A DNA stretch of 64,000 nt. Source: Tetramitus jugosus. Taxonomy: Eukaryota; Protista; Heterolobosea. The notes below the pieces were generated by a model. It saw nothing but the letters and a program-made list of their open reading frames with translations, ran no database searches and was not told the origin of the DNA. Shown here in pieces: positions 25,040 through 37,559 of this stretch. The DNA is taken from contig OW569394.1 in assembly GCA_937625935.1 (NCBI GenBank), forward strand, positions 186,001-250,000. Direction: 5' to 3'. The position numbers and the translations under genes were made by a program. The number at the start of each line of letters is the position of its first letter. Position 1 is the stretch's first letter.

Positions 25040-25313
25040 GAAGACTGTATTCTTTCACTTCAAGAAAATTTCAACAGAACTATACGAACACACGAAAAAT
25101 ATTGAAATATCAGAAGGAACGAACTACCATGGAAAATTTATTCAAACTGGCGCACCGCAAAGAATGAAGCGGACACACGGGCTTTCGGACAATAGGCTAA
25201 AAAACTATTCTCCTGCCTCTCTGTAATTTTACTCTCTGGTGCACCATAAAACAACTGAAAGAAAAGCTCTCAGATCAAAAACTCTGGACCATTAAAAAAA
25301 AACAAACAACCAA

Positions 25314-27269
25314 ATGGATCAATTATTACCACTTGAGCTCTGGAACCATATTTTTGAGTTTTGTGAGACGACCAATCAAATCTTTCGCCTATGTTCCATG
25401 AGTCAAACCATGTACAACGAAATTTATTGTTCGTGGCGCGAAAAATACGGTAATGATCACCAGTGGTTACTCCCTGTTGTTTCCGTGTTTGTGTTGGACG
25501 AGAGCATGGAAGCTTATTTTTCAAAAAATAACAACAGCAGCGGCGACACGACTACAAAAAGTTCCCCTGTTCGCGAATTGATTGAGCACGAATGGAAATT
25601 TCGGTGTATTTCTCAGTTGACCAACGGAAAGCGATTGTATGAGCGGGAAATTTTCGCAGAGCAAAGAGGGGACTCTGACCCCCTCCTGTCCCATTTTGTC
25701 TCACAATATCCCGCCAATACAACGGTACCCTACTGGGGGAATGGGGTGTCGTCCGCTGCTCAACAACGACACCAGCTACCCCGCAGAGTCAAGCTACAGA
25801 TTCATTATTTCACGCAGTATGCACCCATACACCTCATGCGGCAAACTTTTGATTGGACGTTGGTGATTGTAGCAAAGGGCGAAAAGGCAAGTCAAGCTCG
25901 CTGGCTCACTCAAGTGTATCCTTCGCTGACTGCGAAATCCATTCAGGAACTCAATGTTATCGTGTTGGATTTAAACCGTCGATGCTGTGCGTGTTCAACC
26001 AAAAATCGCAGAAAAAATTCTGTAGCTTCTGCTTCTGCTGCAGCTTCCTCGTCTTCTTCTGCAGCTCCTGTCGCCTCGGATTCTGCTGTAGTAGTGAGCG
26101 GCGGCGGCGACAACAACAACAATCATAGCAACAGTCGTCGCAGAAGACAAAGAAGCTCTAAACAAAGAGTGTTCAAGTCCAAGGCATCTATTGAAAGCTC
26201 AGCTTACTTGTGTCAAGTTCCTCCTAGTCACATTTTTGGTTATTTGGCTGATAAACAACCAATCATCAAGAGTAGCTCCAATGATGAATCATCATCATCA
26301 TCATCATCAACAACCAATAGCAACAACAAAAGTTCTACTGGTGTAGTTGAGTATCATAAGAATCGATGTGAACACTATCACGGCCTTCATGATGTCGATG
26401 CGAATGATGATCATGGTGACATGTCGTTGACAAGGCAACAACAATTGTCATTCATTAGCAGCGATCATTTGATGCAATTGTTGGCGAGTGGTGCACAAAA
26501 ATCACAGTACAACTCGCGACTCTTGCATTTCATGAAGCGCGACAGTGTATTACAAAGAAATCAAAAAATAAGGAGCCATGAAGCAGAAGAAAGTAGATTG
26601 GCGACGAGAGCGATCCGACAAGGTGTTCCCAACGAAGCAATCGCTTTGTTTCTTGAAATTGCTGCTGCAAGTGAAGAAAACACAAAAAATTCAACGTCTA
26701 TCGATGAAGTGTTTAGTATTGTGATGGGAACAGTGCCAAATTTGTTGAAAACAGATTGGTCAACCAATAGCTTGGTGCTCGTGCCTGAATTCTGTTCTCT
26801 ATTTAATCCAGTGTTCTTCATGATGAGATTTGGTTATTATCGGATGAATGTCAATGAGAAATTGGTGTTTGTTGGTGAGTTGTTGAGCAAGATTATATTG
26901 AAACAATCGAATATGCACAATGGACTCATTAAGCTTGAAAAGTGCGAGCTTGTAAAGCAGGAAAATGGTCATTTCAACGGAAATGTCAGAGCTCATTTCC
27001 TCGTGGCTTACTATGACAACTTTTTTTACATTATCAGGTCGTGTGAAGTTGAGTTTCCTTCATCGGAACATTCCATGATATCGGAACAGTATTATGGACT
27101 GCCAACTGTCTCTCATCGCATCATTTCCATGATTGAGGACAAGAAGGGAATTCGAAAGCAAAAAGTACAAGACTTGATCAAGAAAGCTTGGTCCATTTTA
27201 TTCTACTCGACCTGTTTCTGTTTTTGTTTCCAGTCTTCTTACTTGTTGGACAGTTTACCTGATGATTAA
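25314..27269 (+). CDS. F-box protein (651 aa), unknown C-terminal domain
   Basis: N-terminal LLPLELWNHIFEFC..IFRLCSMSQTMY F-box pattern; long intact ORF with S/N-rich inserts. The exact 3' end could be spliced. Confidence 0.7.
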   Translation: MDQLLPLELWNHIFEFCETTNQIFRLCSMSQTMYNEIYCSWREKYGNDHQWLLPVVSVFVLDESMEAYFSKNNNSSGDTTTKSSPVRELIEHEWKFRCISQLTNGKRLYEREIFAEQRGDSDPLLSHFVSQYPANTTVPYWGNGVSSAAQQRHQLPRRVKLQIHYFTQYAPIHLMRQTFDWTLVIVAKGEKASQARWLTQVYPSLTAKSIQELNVIVLDLNRRCCACSTKNRRKNSVASASAAASSSSSAAPVASDSAVVVSGGGDNNNNHSNSRRRRQRSSKQRVFKSKASIESSAYLCQVPPSHIFGYLADKQPIIKSSSNDESSSSSSSTTNSNNKSSTGVVEYHKNRCEHYHGLHDVDANDDHGDMSLTRQQQLSFISSDHLMQLLASGAQKSQYNSRLLHFMKRDSVLQRNQKIRSHEAEESRLATRAIRQGVPNEAIALFLEIAAASEENTKNSTSIDEVFSIVMGTVPNLLKTDWSTNSLVLVPEFCSLFNPVFFMMRFGYYRMNVNEKLVFVGELLSKIILKQSNMHNGLIKLEKCELVKQENGHFNGNVRAHFLVAYYDNFFYIIRSCEVEFPSSEHSMISEQYYGLPTVSHRIISMIEDKKGIRKQKVQDLIKKAWSILFYSTCFCFCFQSSYLLDSLPDD

Positions 27270-27474
27270 TTTTTTTTGTTCCTTGACAGTTGTAAGTAAT
27301 TGTAAGTCATTGCATGACGAGTGAACCGGTTTTTTGGGTGTCATTGACCAAAATAAACGTTGAGATAATTTTAGTCACCTACTTGAAAAGGCTTCGTTGT
27401 ATGAAACGATCCCATAAATCCAGAACAATCAAAATAGTAAAAAGAAAGCCCAACACAACTTACCTTAGAGCATC

Positions 27475-28620
27475 ATGGTCGAGAAAGAGATCAACGTACC
27501 AATCACTCACTTGTCAGCAAAGAGAGGTGAGAAACGAACACTGTCAACTGTCAAAGACACATCTGTTCCCATTCACATAGTATCATCAGGTTATTGTAAT
27601 GTCCCGTTGGGTGAGCCAGAGTCTGTCTCTGTTTTACCGCCCAAGAAACAAAGAACCAAACTGTTCCCTATTCAAGACAATGAAGAGTATCGAATTGAGA
27701 AGGACCCCGTCACTCAAGAACGTTTCGCAATTGTAATGATTCAAGGAATTCAAAGAAGGGTGCCCATTGACAGGCCTGTTCGAGTGTACGCCGATGGAAT
27801 TTATGACTGTTTCCATTTTGGTCACGCGAGAAGTTTACAACAAGCCAAGAATCTGTTTCCGAACACTTGTCTCGTTGTAGGTGTGTGCGGAGATGCGATT
27901 ACGGTTGAAATGAAGGGACGAACTGTCATGAACGAGCAAGAGCGTGCGGAATGTGTCAGTCATTGTCGTTATGTCGATGAAGTTGTGAGTAATGCTCCTT
28001 GGGTGTGCCAGCCAGACTTTTTGGCACGTCATCAAATTGACTTCGTGTCTCATGGTGAAGATGTGAGTTTGGATGAGGAAGGAGTCGACGTTTACAAAGA
28101 AATCAAGGACATGGGAAAATTCTTGCTCATCAAGAGAACAGAAGGCATTTCGACAACTGACATTATTCTGCGCATTGTCAAGGATTATGACACGTATGTC
28201 AGGAGAAATTTGCGTCGTGGCCACAGCTACAAGGAAATGAACGTTGGATTTGTCAAGGAGAAGAGTATTCAATTGCAAGACACTGTTGGACAAGTAGTGG
28301 ATGACATCAAGAAGTTGGCACATGGAGCTGATGAAGCCGTTCATCATTTCATGGAAGGATTCCAACGGATGAACCCTCGTGGAGGAAAAGTAGAAGCTTC
28401 CTCAGCTCAATCAACATCGTCTCCATCGACACCTCATTCCTTGGCTTACTCACTGGCAAAGAGAGTGAGTGAAAACGGGGACTTTTTCGGCTTTGAAGTT
28501 CCCGATGATGTTTCATCCTTTATCCCGTTGAGTCCCACACCAAGAAGATCCTCACTCTACTTTGAAAGAGAACAATATGACAAAATCTTCAAACAAGGAG
28601 GGGAAAGAGCCGACATTTGA
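27475..28620 (+). CDS. PCYT1: Choline-phosphate cytidylyltransferase (CCT)
   Basis: RPVRVYADGIYDCFHFGHARSLQQAK (HxGH), HCRYVDEV, RTEGISTTDIILRIVKDYD.YVRRNL; amphipathic membrane-binding segment, SP/TP-rich tail, NLS-like PPKKQRTK. Confidence 0.93.
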   Translation: MVEKEINVPITHLSAKRGEKRTLSTVKDTSVPIHIVSSGYCNVPLGEPESVSVLPPKKQRTKLFPIQDNEEYRIEKDPVTQERFAIVMIQGIQRRVPIDRPVRVYADGIYDCFHFGHARSLQQAKNLFPNTCLVVGVCGDAITVEMKGRTVMNEQERAECVSHCRYVDEVVSNAPWVCQPDFLARHQIDFVSHGEDVSLDEEGVDVYKEIKDMGKFLLIKRTEGISTTDIILRIVKDYDTYVRRNLRRGHSYKEMNVGFVKEKSIQLQDTVGQVVDDIKKLAHGADEAVHHFMEGFQRMNPRGGKVEASSAQSTSSPSTPHSLAYSLAKRVSENGDFFGFEVPDDVSSFIPLSPTPRRSSLYFEREQYDKIFKQGGERADI

Positions 28621-28861
28621 ATACAACCACACAATTTGACCTACCGGCGAATTTTTCATTTTCTCCTTCTCCGACAACCATTTTATTTTTATTTCAAATG
28701 TCCGAAAACACTTGTTGAACCACGCACGAAAAAAAATAAAGTCACAACTTGAAGAAAGAACACCTCAAAAAAAAAACGAACAAACGAAAAAAAAAATTTG
28801 AAGAGAACAAAGCGCACACAAGTGTGAATCAACAAAAAAAATACAAAAAACTGTGTGAAAA

Positions 28862-31800
28862 ATGACGGCTGATAAAATAGGAGGCCATCATCATCATCAT
28901 CAAACGAGTAGTAGTAGTAGTCAATTGGATTTGAATGATATGACTGGAGTAGTCGTGGGAACACCACAAAAAGTCTCTAAAAAATCAACTTTATCATCTT
29001 CTGTGAAGAATAGTGGATCAGTGAGAAAACCATATGTGAAGAGAGCTTGTACGAACTGTAAGAAGGCTCATTCAGGTATGTTTTACGCTTGAAAAAAAAA
29101 TTGTTGATTTTTTTTTGATCAAAAGCTAATGTTGTGTTGTTTTTTTGTTTTGATAGCTTGCACGGAAGAAAGACCCTGTAAGCGATGCGTTCAACTGGGG
29201 ATTGCGCACGAATGCGTAGATGCGGAGCGGAAAAAAGCTCCAAAGCGCGCCAAAAAAAAGGAGCTTACAGTGACTCTACCCACCTCCACCTCTGCTGACT
29301 CGATAGCTAACGGCAGCAACAACCATGGAAATGTGGTTGGAGTTGGAGCTCTCATGACACCACATCAACACAACATGGTTACCATGACAGCACAACCACC
29401 AATCCATCATCATCATGCTGCTGCTGCACTCAACCAACAACAACAACAAATGATGATGAGCTATGATACCATGGGAGCTTTTTCCTATCATCCTCATCAT
29501 CCACATGCACATGCCTATCCACAAGCTCCATTCTATGGTGGTGTTCATCCAGCCATGATGACCAACACTACTAACACTCCTACACCATCATCATCATCAT
29601 CATCACAAGCTTATCATCACACGAGTAAGCGAAATAATCAACAAACAAGAAGGAAAAAATTGACATCTTCGTCGTCGTCTTCTGCTGCTTCTGCTGTTCG
29701 TTTTCCTTCTTCTTCATCGACATCAGCCATGATTATTGAAGAAGAAGAGGAAAATGGAGAAAATAATGAAAAAATTTTGCGGCGAATTTCATCATCAGAC
29801 AATGAAGACAATGACGACAATGAACGACTCTATACGAATAATGATGGAGAAGAGGATGATGAAAATGATGATGATGAAGAAGATGAAGAAGAAGGTGGAG
29901 AAGATGAAGAAGAATATGATCATCATAGTAGTAACATGTTTCTCATTCCAACTCAAAGTCAACTACAACAACAACATCAATTGCAGTTTGGTGATCCCAT
30001 GATGATGATGATGACCACAACATCACCAGCACAACAACAACAACAACAACAACAAATGAATAATCAACAACAACGTCACTTTGGAAAGACAAATTCTAGA
30101 TCATCATCATCATCGAAACGAAAACGAATCAATCATCCATCATCATCATCATCTACGTCGTCATCGTCGTTTCCCATGTATTACTACATGAACAATAATG
30201 GACAAATGATACCGACAACAGGAAACGCACAACAACAACAAATGATGATGATGACGAATCATGGTGGTACGAGTGCATTCCATCCTCATCACAATCAACA
30301 GCATCAGCATCAGCAACAACAAGATTTAATGAACGCATTTTATCCATATCAATTATCAGAGTATTATGCACCAGTGATGAACATTCATCCATCGACAACA
30401 TCATCATCAGTGCCATCACACTATTATCCATCACCATCACCTCACAATCAACAACAACAACAATTACAAGCATCGATATCGAATGCTCTGATGCCTTATC
30501 ACTCACCTACTCCTTCTTCTGCTTCTTCTACGACTACTACTACTACTATGTCCTCTAGTGCTTCGGCATCAAATACGGCACCAATAAGAACGAGTGCAGC
30601 ATCAATGATTATGAATGGTAGTGGTGGTAATAGTGGTGGAAATGTTTTCAATTCATCGTCCTCATCATCGGTACCGATTGCACTGCCAGCACCTAGTCGA
30701 AAAAAGAGTTCTAATAATAATGTGAATACTAATAGTCGAACGACTGGTAAAACAACGAGTGGAGGAGGTAGTGGTAGTAGCAGTAGTGAAATGGAAGATC
30801 AAGTACTGGAGAATCAATTTGCTGTTGCTGATGGTGGTAGTGGTGTAGATGAAGATGATGAAATGTCATCAAATGGCAATAACAATAGCAAGCAATCCAT
30901 GTTCTTGCCACCTATATCTCCATCATTGGTTGATTTGTGGGGCAATGAATCAATTGGTGGGGATGATGTTGATATTCGGTCACCCTTGAACTTGTCGCCC
31001 ACGCCAATCGATTCCATCATATTCAATCCATCCTATGACAATAATGATCATGATGATAGCCATCGTGGGGATGAGAGTAGTGGTAGTACGACTACGCTGG
31101 GAAGCAATGGATTAAAGTCACCATCGCCCGAATCGCCAGACGACGGTACGCCGATTGTGGATCTAGTGACACGAAATGCTCACTCCTTGCTGCGCGGCAA
31201 TGCGTCAAAGGAAACAAAGGGTAAGCAAACTGATCGCAGCAGTGACGAAGATGATGATCATGGTATGAACGATGACAATAATCTCAGCAATCCAAACACT
31301 CGGATATCAATGTTTGATATCAGTGGTGGTACGAGTGCCGGTGGTTCTGGTGGAGCTAGTTCTGGTGGCAGTGGTGGTATCAATGCTACTGGAAATTCAA
31401 CTCTCAATACTGCGGTTGATGACTTGAATATCGAAGATCGAAGAAGAGGCGAGTTGGTCAACTTTTTATTGAATGCACTCAATGATCCATCAGCGTCGAC
31501 ACCGACCGCGACGCCACAGCAAGTCAATGATTTGTTGAACTCTGTATTTAATCCGCAGGATGAATCAACGAGTGGTGGTAGCAGTGCAACGGGTTCTACG
31601 GCCATTATGGACGACAATTTGATGCTCTCTTCGTTGAATGATCGATGGAGTAATGAGAACGCACCTGCGACAAATCAAAAGCAAAGACTGAACGGACAGC
31701 AAGTGGATTTGATTCTTAATCTGGTGAAGCATTTCATGAACAGAGAAAACAGTAGAGACAAGCAAATTGATCGCTTGAATCGTGAAGTGAACACTCTGAC

Positions 31801-31894
31801 GCACAGAATGAATCAAATGATGTCCAACTATGAAGAAGTAGCAAAGACACTCACACAAATTTCAAAGAACAGTGGCAACCACAACAAGTCATAA
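28862..31894 (+). CDS. Zn(II)2Cys6 binuclear-cluster transcription factor; join(28862..29075,29157..31894)
   Basis: A phase-1 intron (GTATGT..gctaat..TAG) joins KRACTNCKKAHS to ACTEERPCKRCVQLGIAHEC, completing the 6-Cys cluster. Long Q/H/S/D-rich region and C-terminal coiled coil. Confidence 0.9.
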
Positions 31895-32080
31895 CATTTC
31901 AAGAAGCTGTAATGGCTACTATGATTTCTGCTTTTACCAAGACATCAAAGATTTGACGTTGAGCAATCTGTGCCAAAATTCAATATCGTGTTTTATCACG
32001 CATATTGTCACATCTTTGGCACCAGCGTTCTACATTCATATTGGAAACAAGATCTCACATCTAGAGATATACTTGGAGAG

Positions 32081-35000
32081 ATGAGTAGGCTAGATCTTGT
32101 CTTTGTTGGTGCAAAGTCGTCCACTCTCGTACATACGAGAGACTTGTTCGATCAAGAAGGTACAATGGCAACAATAAACAACAGAAACCTCTCACTCACT
32201 CCTTTGGCGCCATTTTTATCAGCTGAGCCGTTGGACCAGTTTACGCCCTCCTCTCCTGAGTGGATGAGCCAAATGCAAATTAATTTCAAGAGCATTGAAG
32301 TGAGCAAGGAGATGATGTTGCCATTCATCTCAACCACAAACAACACCTCCAATCATGATGAAACAAGGTATTCCAACAAACGGAAGATAGGTTCGAGCTC
32401 TAACAAGCGGAACTCGACTGTTGTCGTACCTAGAACGACATCCATGAGTCTGAAGATGACCAAACTCTCTCCTCTGAATTCTCAGGAAGCCATAGTGAAC
32501 GAAAAGGTTGTTTCCATAGAGAAGACGCTTCGATCGCTCCAGAAACACCCAGACAACACTGAAAAACATTCAAAGTGTTTGGAAGCGTTAGTACGGACCC
32601 GAGAGGCATGGTTCATGAGTGAGATGCCACAAATCAAGGAACTTGTTCACCAGTGCTTGTGCAAGGTGGAAATTACTGAGAGAACAGAGTACATTCAAGC
32701 ACTATATCATATCATTGAAATATGTAGTAAGAGTTTAATGCTACGGAATTCGGCGGATCAATTCATTCGATTAGACAGTTATCTGGAACTGTTTTATTGC
32801 TTTAGTCTCATCTTTAAAGTGAATGGAACTGGTTCCTTGGAGCTTAAAGCACGTGTGTTAACTGTAGGTATTCCCAAATTCTCACGCTTGTTCTCTATGC
32901 TTAGCACTGCTTACTTTTTGTTCAGACAATATCTATTTTAGTTAAGAGTGAAGCACTGCAAGATATTCTATATGATTTATTGTCGATACCGACATTTGTT
33001 GATGCGTTGGATGAGGAGGTATCTGGTTTAGCTTTGAGTTTTCATGAACCGAGTGACTACTTTCAATTATTGATCAAAGTTGTGAGACAAATGACACTCT
33101 ACAGTAGTTTTTGTGATATGCTCTCAGAGAAGGACACATTATCTGTTCTCGTATCCATCATTGAAAGAGTGACGTCTTACGACAATCTCTACAATGATAT
33201 GATTGATGTTATATGGAATATGATCGAACAGGTTCCAAGTGCTCGGAGGTCACTCTGTACAATGGAAACGATTCAAGTCCTATACTCAACGATTCATGCC
33301 TCTATTTCGAATGGGGTTCGATTGAAGGACAAGGAACTTCGAAATGATATATTGTTGGTATGTTCATGTACTTTAACTCTACTTTGTCCTGATTGTGCAC
33401 TCGCGGATCTAATTCTATTGAATTCAGTTATCTTCCTATCTTGCTCAAGAAACATCTGCGCAACCATTATTCTTAGAAAGTGGATTCCTCGATTATTTAT
33501 GCTACCGCTCCGTATCCAATGAACAAGAAGGTGTTTCAATAGATGTTAAGCAAATGAATTCAGAAGAGAACTTTGAAATGAAGAAAATTATGTGGAACAT
33601 TTTGTTCTTTCTGTCATTCAATAGCGAGTGTTTGACCTCAATTATCGAGAATAACTTTGTGAAGACGCTCATTCACTACCTAGACGATGATTTCATTCGA
33701 GCTGGAACTGCGATCTCATTGTGGAACCAAAATCAATTAATCGAATTGCAATTATTATCTTTGAAGATGCTGTTCTACTATTGTGTACAATCGAACGACG
33801 AATTTGCTCAGAATAATGGGTATCGAGTATGTTTAAAAATCGCAGAATCTACGAATCAAGCCGAATTGTTCACCGCTTCGATGAGTGTTCTATTAAACGC
33901 GTGTACCACTCCTCTAGGAGTAGAGTATCTATCGAAAGAGAAAACATTAGAAACAATGTTAGAGATAGCTACGAATAGCTCATTACCAATCTATTGCAGA
34001 AGTGACGCATTGCATATTATTAGCTCGTTATGCAACAATGATAATCATAATAAGACCGCTTTTCACTCGCATGATGGAACGACAAGATTGCTATCTCTCT
34101 TTGAATCTGACAGAACACAAGATGATATCTTAATTGTTTTGATTGACTGTGTATGGTCTTGTATTTTATCCGATGAAAATAGTGAACGACAATTTGTTTC
34201 TCATGATGGGTTGTACAAGATGATAAAGGTTCTCGAGTACGGAGGTCAAGTCACTCAACTCCCTCTTTTAAGTTTGCTCATCGAATTTATGAATTTAAAT
34301 AACAGTATCGTGGATGAAGTAGGAGGATGGAAGAGTGTTGAGACAAACGTAACGCTACCTCAACTCCTCATACGACTATGGAACTCTGTATATATTGATA
34401 AGAGTGAAAGTTCTCAATTGGATGATAGTGGAGAGTTTCCAGTTCAAACAAATTCAGTTGTTCAAACACCTACAATCTCCTCGCTTATTCCCGCGTTCAA
34501 TTTAGAACTGAAGCGAAGAATATATCACATGTTTCGCTTGTTTGGTCAAGATAGATCGTTTGATTCCCTGTCGAAGGATGATCGGATAACATTGGAAACA
34601 ATATTGCAATTCGACAATTATCTCATTGAAGGTGAATGGAATCGAATCTACAAAGAACTAGAAGAGGAGCAAATACGACCAACGACACCTGATCAACAAT
34701 TGATTGACGAAGTATTCCACAATAGTAAGCAGCGAGAGGAACAAAAACAAATGAACATTGCTGTTATTGAATCTAATGATCGATCACGGAAGAGCCAAGA
34801 AGAATCCAAATTCTATGATACACTTCAAATTAACAAGAAGGAAAAGAAGACGTTTACAACGGGTCTCAGTGTCATGGAAATTAAGCTCCGTCGAGCAAAG
34901 ATGTTGAACAACTCTTCGACTATGAATTTGTCCGAACCGGTGCTCGATCTCAAAGCACTTGACTTGAAAAAGGATGAGACATGGAGTGCAACTTCCAGCT

Positions 35001-35089
35001 CGCAAACGATGTCCATACTTACAACTCTACCTGGTTCCTCCATTAGGGAAAAGATTGCTGCGAACTTGCAAAAGTCAGCTCGGAATTAA
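32081..35089 (+). CDS. CFAP69: ARM-repeat cilia/flagella-associated protein 69-like; join(~32081..32863,32926..33357,33428..35089), start uncertain
   Basis: Two phase-0 introns (GTAGGT..CAG, 62 nt; GTATGT..CAG, 70 nt) fuse three ORFs in frame. Motifs KELRNDIL, ENFEMKKIMW, WNQNQLIELQLLSL and GEWNRIYKELEEEQIRPTTPD recall CFAP69. Confidence 0.7.
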
Positions 35090-35445
35090 CTCTTTTTGAT
35101 CCAATGATCCTAAATAGAGTAAGAAAATGTCTCGATTTCTCGCGCCATCGATGAGTAACCGATACGCACTACTGTACTCGAATCCTTCCAAGGGAAAGTA
35201 ATCGTTCAACTCGGACAAATTGAGAAGTATCCTGCCTTTTTGAACGAGTTTGAGCCTAAATAAACTGTGCTCCCCATCACTCCTTTCCTGTTGTTCAGTG
35301 AGAGACACTTAAAGAATGTCCCTCAGTGAGTCACTCACTACTGCAAGTTGTTCATTCCATCTCGGAAGAAGCAAAAACCAAGATCATTCAACCTTTACGG
35401 TTCGTTTAACCTTGATCCAAGATTTTCTGTACATTCTTCTCCCTC

Positions 35446-36771
35446 ATGAACCAAGACTGCCAACCGCTGAACAGAGAAGGAACGAGTACAAGTCGGATAG
35501 GAATCGTTGAAGTATTTCGAGAGAGTGACGAGGAAGATGAATTGATCGTTATTGATCATCATCTCTCTTCTTCCTCGCATTCGTCGGTGGTTGTGATGGA
35601 ACATGCGATGTTGAAAGAGATCAAGTCATTGAAGCAAATCGTTGCTGATAACCACAAGAATCAAGACTATAGTAGAGCCGAACTCTCTTCGTCTTTATCA
35701 TCTAAGTCAACCTCTGATGAGAACAGGTCTCAAAACTCTAAAGAGAGAGACTATAGTCAGACCATAAAGAACCTACCAAACCTGTCAAATCGGACAAGTC
35801 ATCGAAAGTTACATACCTCCTTGTCAGTGAACACTACTAACTCAGTGCCCCGTCCTTCTACTGCCTCTATCGATGCAGTATCTACCTCTAAAGTGTCTTC
35901 CTCGTTTGAATCACCAAGAAGTGATGACAATGCAGTTGATTCAACAAATGAAGATGATCAAATCCTAATGCAAGTGTTTGATGTGTTTGACACCAATGGA
36001 GACGGTGTGATATCGATAGCTGAACTACAAGATGTACTACTACGGTTAGGCAATCGAGTACATGATAGAGAGTTGGCTTTCATGATCTCCGAGTTGACCC
36101 AAAATCAAACTTCGCACTTGACACCCAATGACTTTAGAGAATTGATGAGAACTCCAGTGAGTCGATTGAAGCGCAATCGAGTCCACGTTGATCAACAACT
36201 ACAAGAAGAAGATCCTTCTAGTATGATTGATGGACGGAGGAACAGTTATCCTCTTCAACAAGGGAAACGTATAGAAAATAATAGGAGACATTCTATCATT
36301 GGGGCTCTCTATCTGCGGAGGCATTCGAGGAGTATCCGCTTTAACAGAGGATTTTCAAAGGCCAACCTCAGTAAGTGGCCACTGATACGGCTCATGAGAA
36401 GGATGTTTGGAAAATCTACTTGTTCAGCTGATGGCACTGAGCAACAGGCAGAATTAGAGATAGAACCACAAAGCCCTCAACCAGCAATTGATCCATCGTC
36501 TCATTCCTCCTCCTCCCTCGTGGATCAATCAAATCAGTCTGTTGTTCAATCTGCAAAGGACAAACGTAAGGAAGACTTACTAACAGTGTTCAAAGTGCTC
36601 GACGGTAATGGAGATGGCGTCATTAGCATTCACGAAGTACAAAACATTGTACAGAAGCTAGGTTTACAACAAATTTTGTCCAAAGTCGAACTGCAGGAGT
36701 TGTTTGACAGTGTTGATTCAGATTACGATGGATGCATCACCTTTCCTGAATTTCGTAAACTAGTCGAGTAG
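35446..36771 (+). CDS. Calmodulin-like EF-hand protein with Ser-rich N-extension and long inter-lobe linker
   Basis: Loops DTNGDGVISIAE, DGNGDGVISIHE and DSDYDGCITFPE; EF2 degenerate. Confidence 0.85.
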   Translation: MNQDCQPLNREGTSTSRIGIVEVFRESDEEDELIVIDHHLSSSSHSSVVVMEHAMLKEIKSLKQIVADNHKNQDYSRAELSSSLSSKSTSDENRSQNSKERDYSQTIKNLPNLSNRTSHRKLHTSLSVNTTNSVPRPSTASIDAVSTSKVSSSFESPRSDDNAVDSTNEDDQILMQVFDVFDTNGDGVISIAELQDVLLRLGNRVHDRELAFMISELTQNQTSHLTPNDFRELMRTPVSRLKRNRVHVDQQLQEEDPSSMIDGRRNSYPLQQGKRIENNRRHSIIGALYLRRHSRSIRFNRGFSKANLSKWPLIRLMRRMFGKSTCSADGTEQQAELEIEPQSPQPAIDPSSHSSSSLVDQSNQSVVQSAKDKRKEDLLTVFKVLDGNGDGVISIHEVQNIVQKLGLQQILSKVELQELFDSVDSDYDGCITFPEFRKLVE

Positions 36772-36848
36772 TATACTGTTTGCTCTCTCTTTCTTCTTGT
36801 ATCGTCCCCTTCTCCCCAAGGAAAGAGCAAGTGTTCTCACATGTAAGT

Positions 36849-37559
36849 TTACTGAAGGGTGTATCTGGCCAACACAAGTACAATGATGGAAATAGCGATC
36901 ACTCCTGCGTAATATTTCTTCTTGGAAGCACCTTCATTCAATTTTTCCTTGTTCTCCTTCATTCGTTCCATGTCCCTCGGAGGTGTTGCATCAGTTTTGT
37001 TGAGTTGCTCTGACGGCCCAACGGCTTTATTATGTCCAGTACTAGTACTTTGGATGGGAGGTACCTCTCTTGAGCATTCGTCAAGTGATGATGGAACAAC
37101 ATCCTTGGTCTGTCCATCATCACTTCCTGAGCTTTCTGTGTCTTCACTAAACAAGTGAATGATGCGTTTTTTGACCTGATGAAGCAAATTAAGTCGTTTT
37201 GTTAAGGGCAAAAGAACTTTGACATCTTTTTGATGCCTCCTTTGAAGTACTTCACCTTGAGCAATGTCATTATCCACTTCTGCTAACATGAACAGTTCAG
37301 TCAAGTATTTTTCAGAAGAGTCAACCATACCCCTCTTGGTTTCCTCATCTATATCAGTAATGTTGTTTTCTTGTATAGCCTTTTCTGTGCTCATGAGAGC
37401 CAGTTGCTTGAGTGAATATTTCTGTCCATTTTTCCCTTGATAAGGTTGACTGGACACCTTTGCAAACACTCCTTCGACCCAGATGGATAGTTCATCATTG
37501 GATGATAGTTTAGAGCCGTGGGTTTGTTGTGGTGGCTTTCTTGCCTTTCGATTCTTCAT
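36849..37559 (-). CDS. Tail-anchored hypothetical protein (236 aa), paralog of 37784-38242
   Basis: C-terminal KKKYYAGVIAISIIVLVLARYTLQ hydrophobic helix. N-terminal ~130 aa align with the neighbouring ORF (DEETKRGMVDSSE vs DEETKRDMVEASE). Confidence 0.8.
   Translation of the reverse strand: MKNRKARKPPQQTHGSKLSSNDELSIWVEGVFAKVSSQPYQGKNGQKYSLKQLALMSTEKAIQENNITDIDEETKRGMVDSSEKYLTELFMLAEVDNDIAQGEVLQRRHQKDVKVLLPLTKRLNLLHQVKKRIIHLFSEDTESSGSDDGQTKDVVPSSLDECSREVPPIQSTSTGHNKAVGPSEQLNKTDATPPRDMERMKENKEKLNEGASKKKYYAGVIAISIIVLVLARYTLQ

Noticed and set aside
33019-33079. Possible extra intron in the CFAP69-like gene (GTATCT donor)
   Set aside because: The frame is open and protein-like through this segment; a 61-nt removal would break it.
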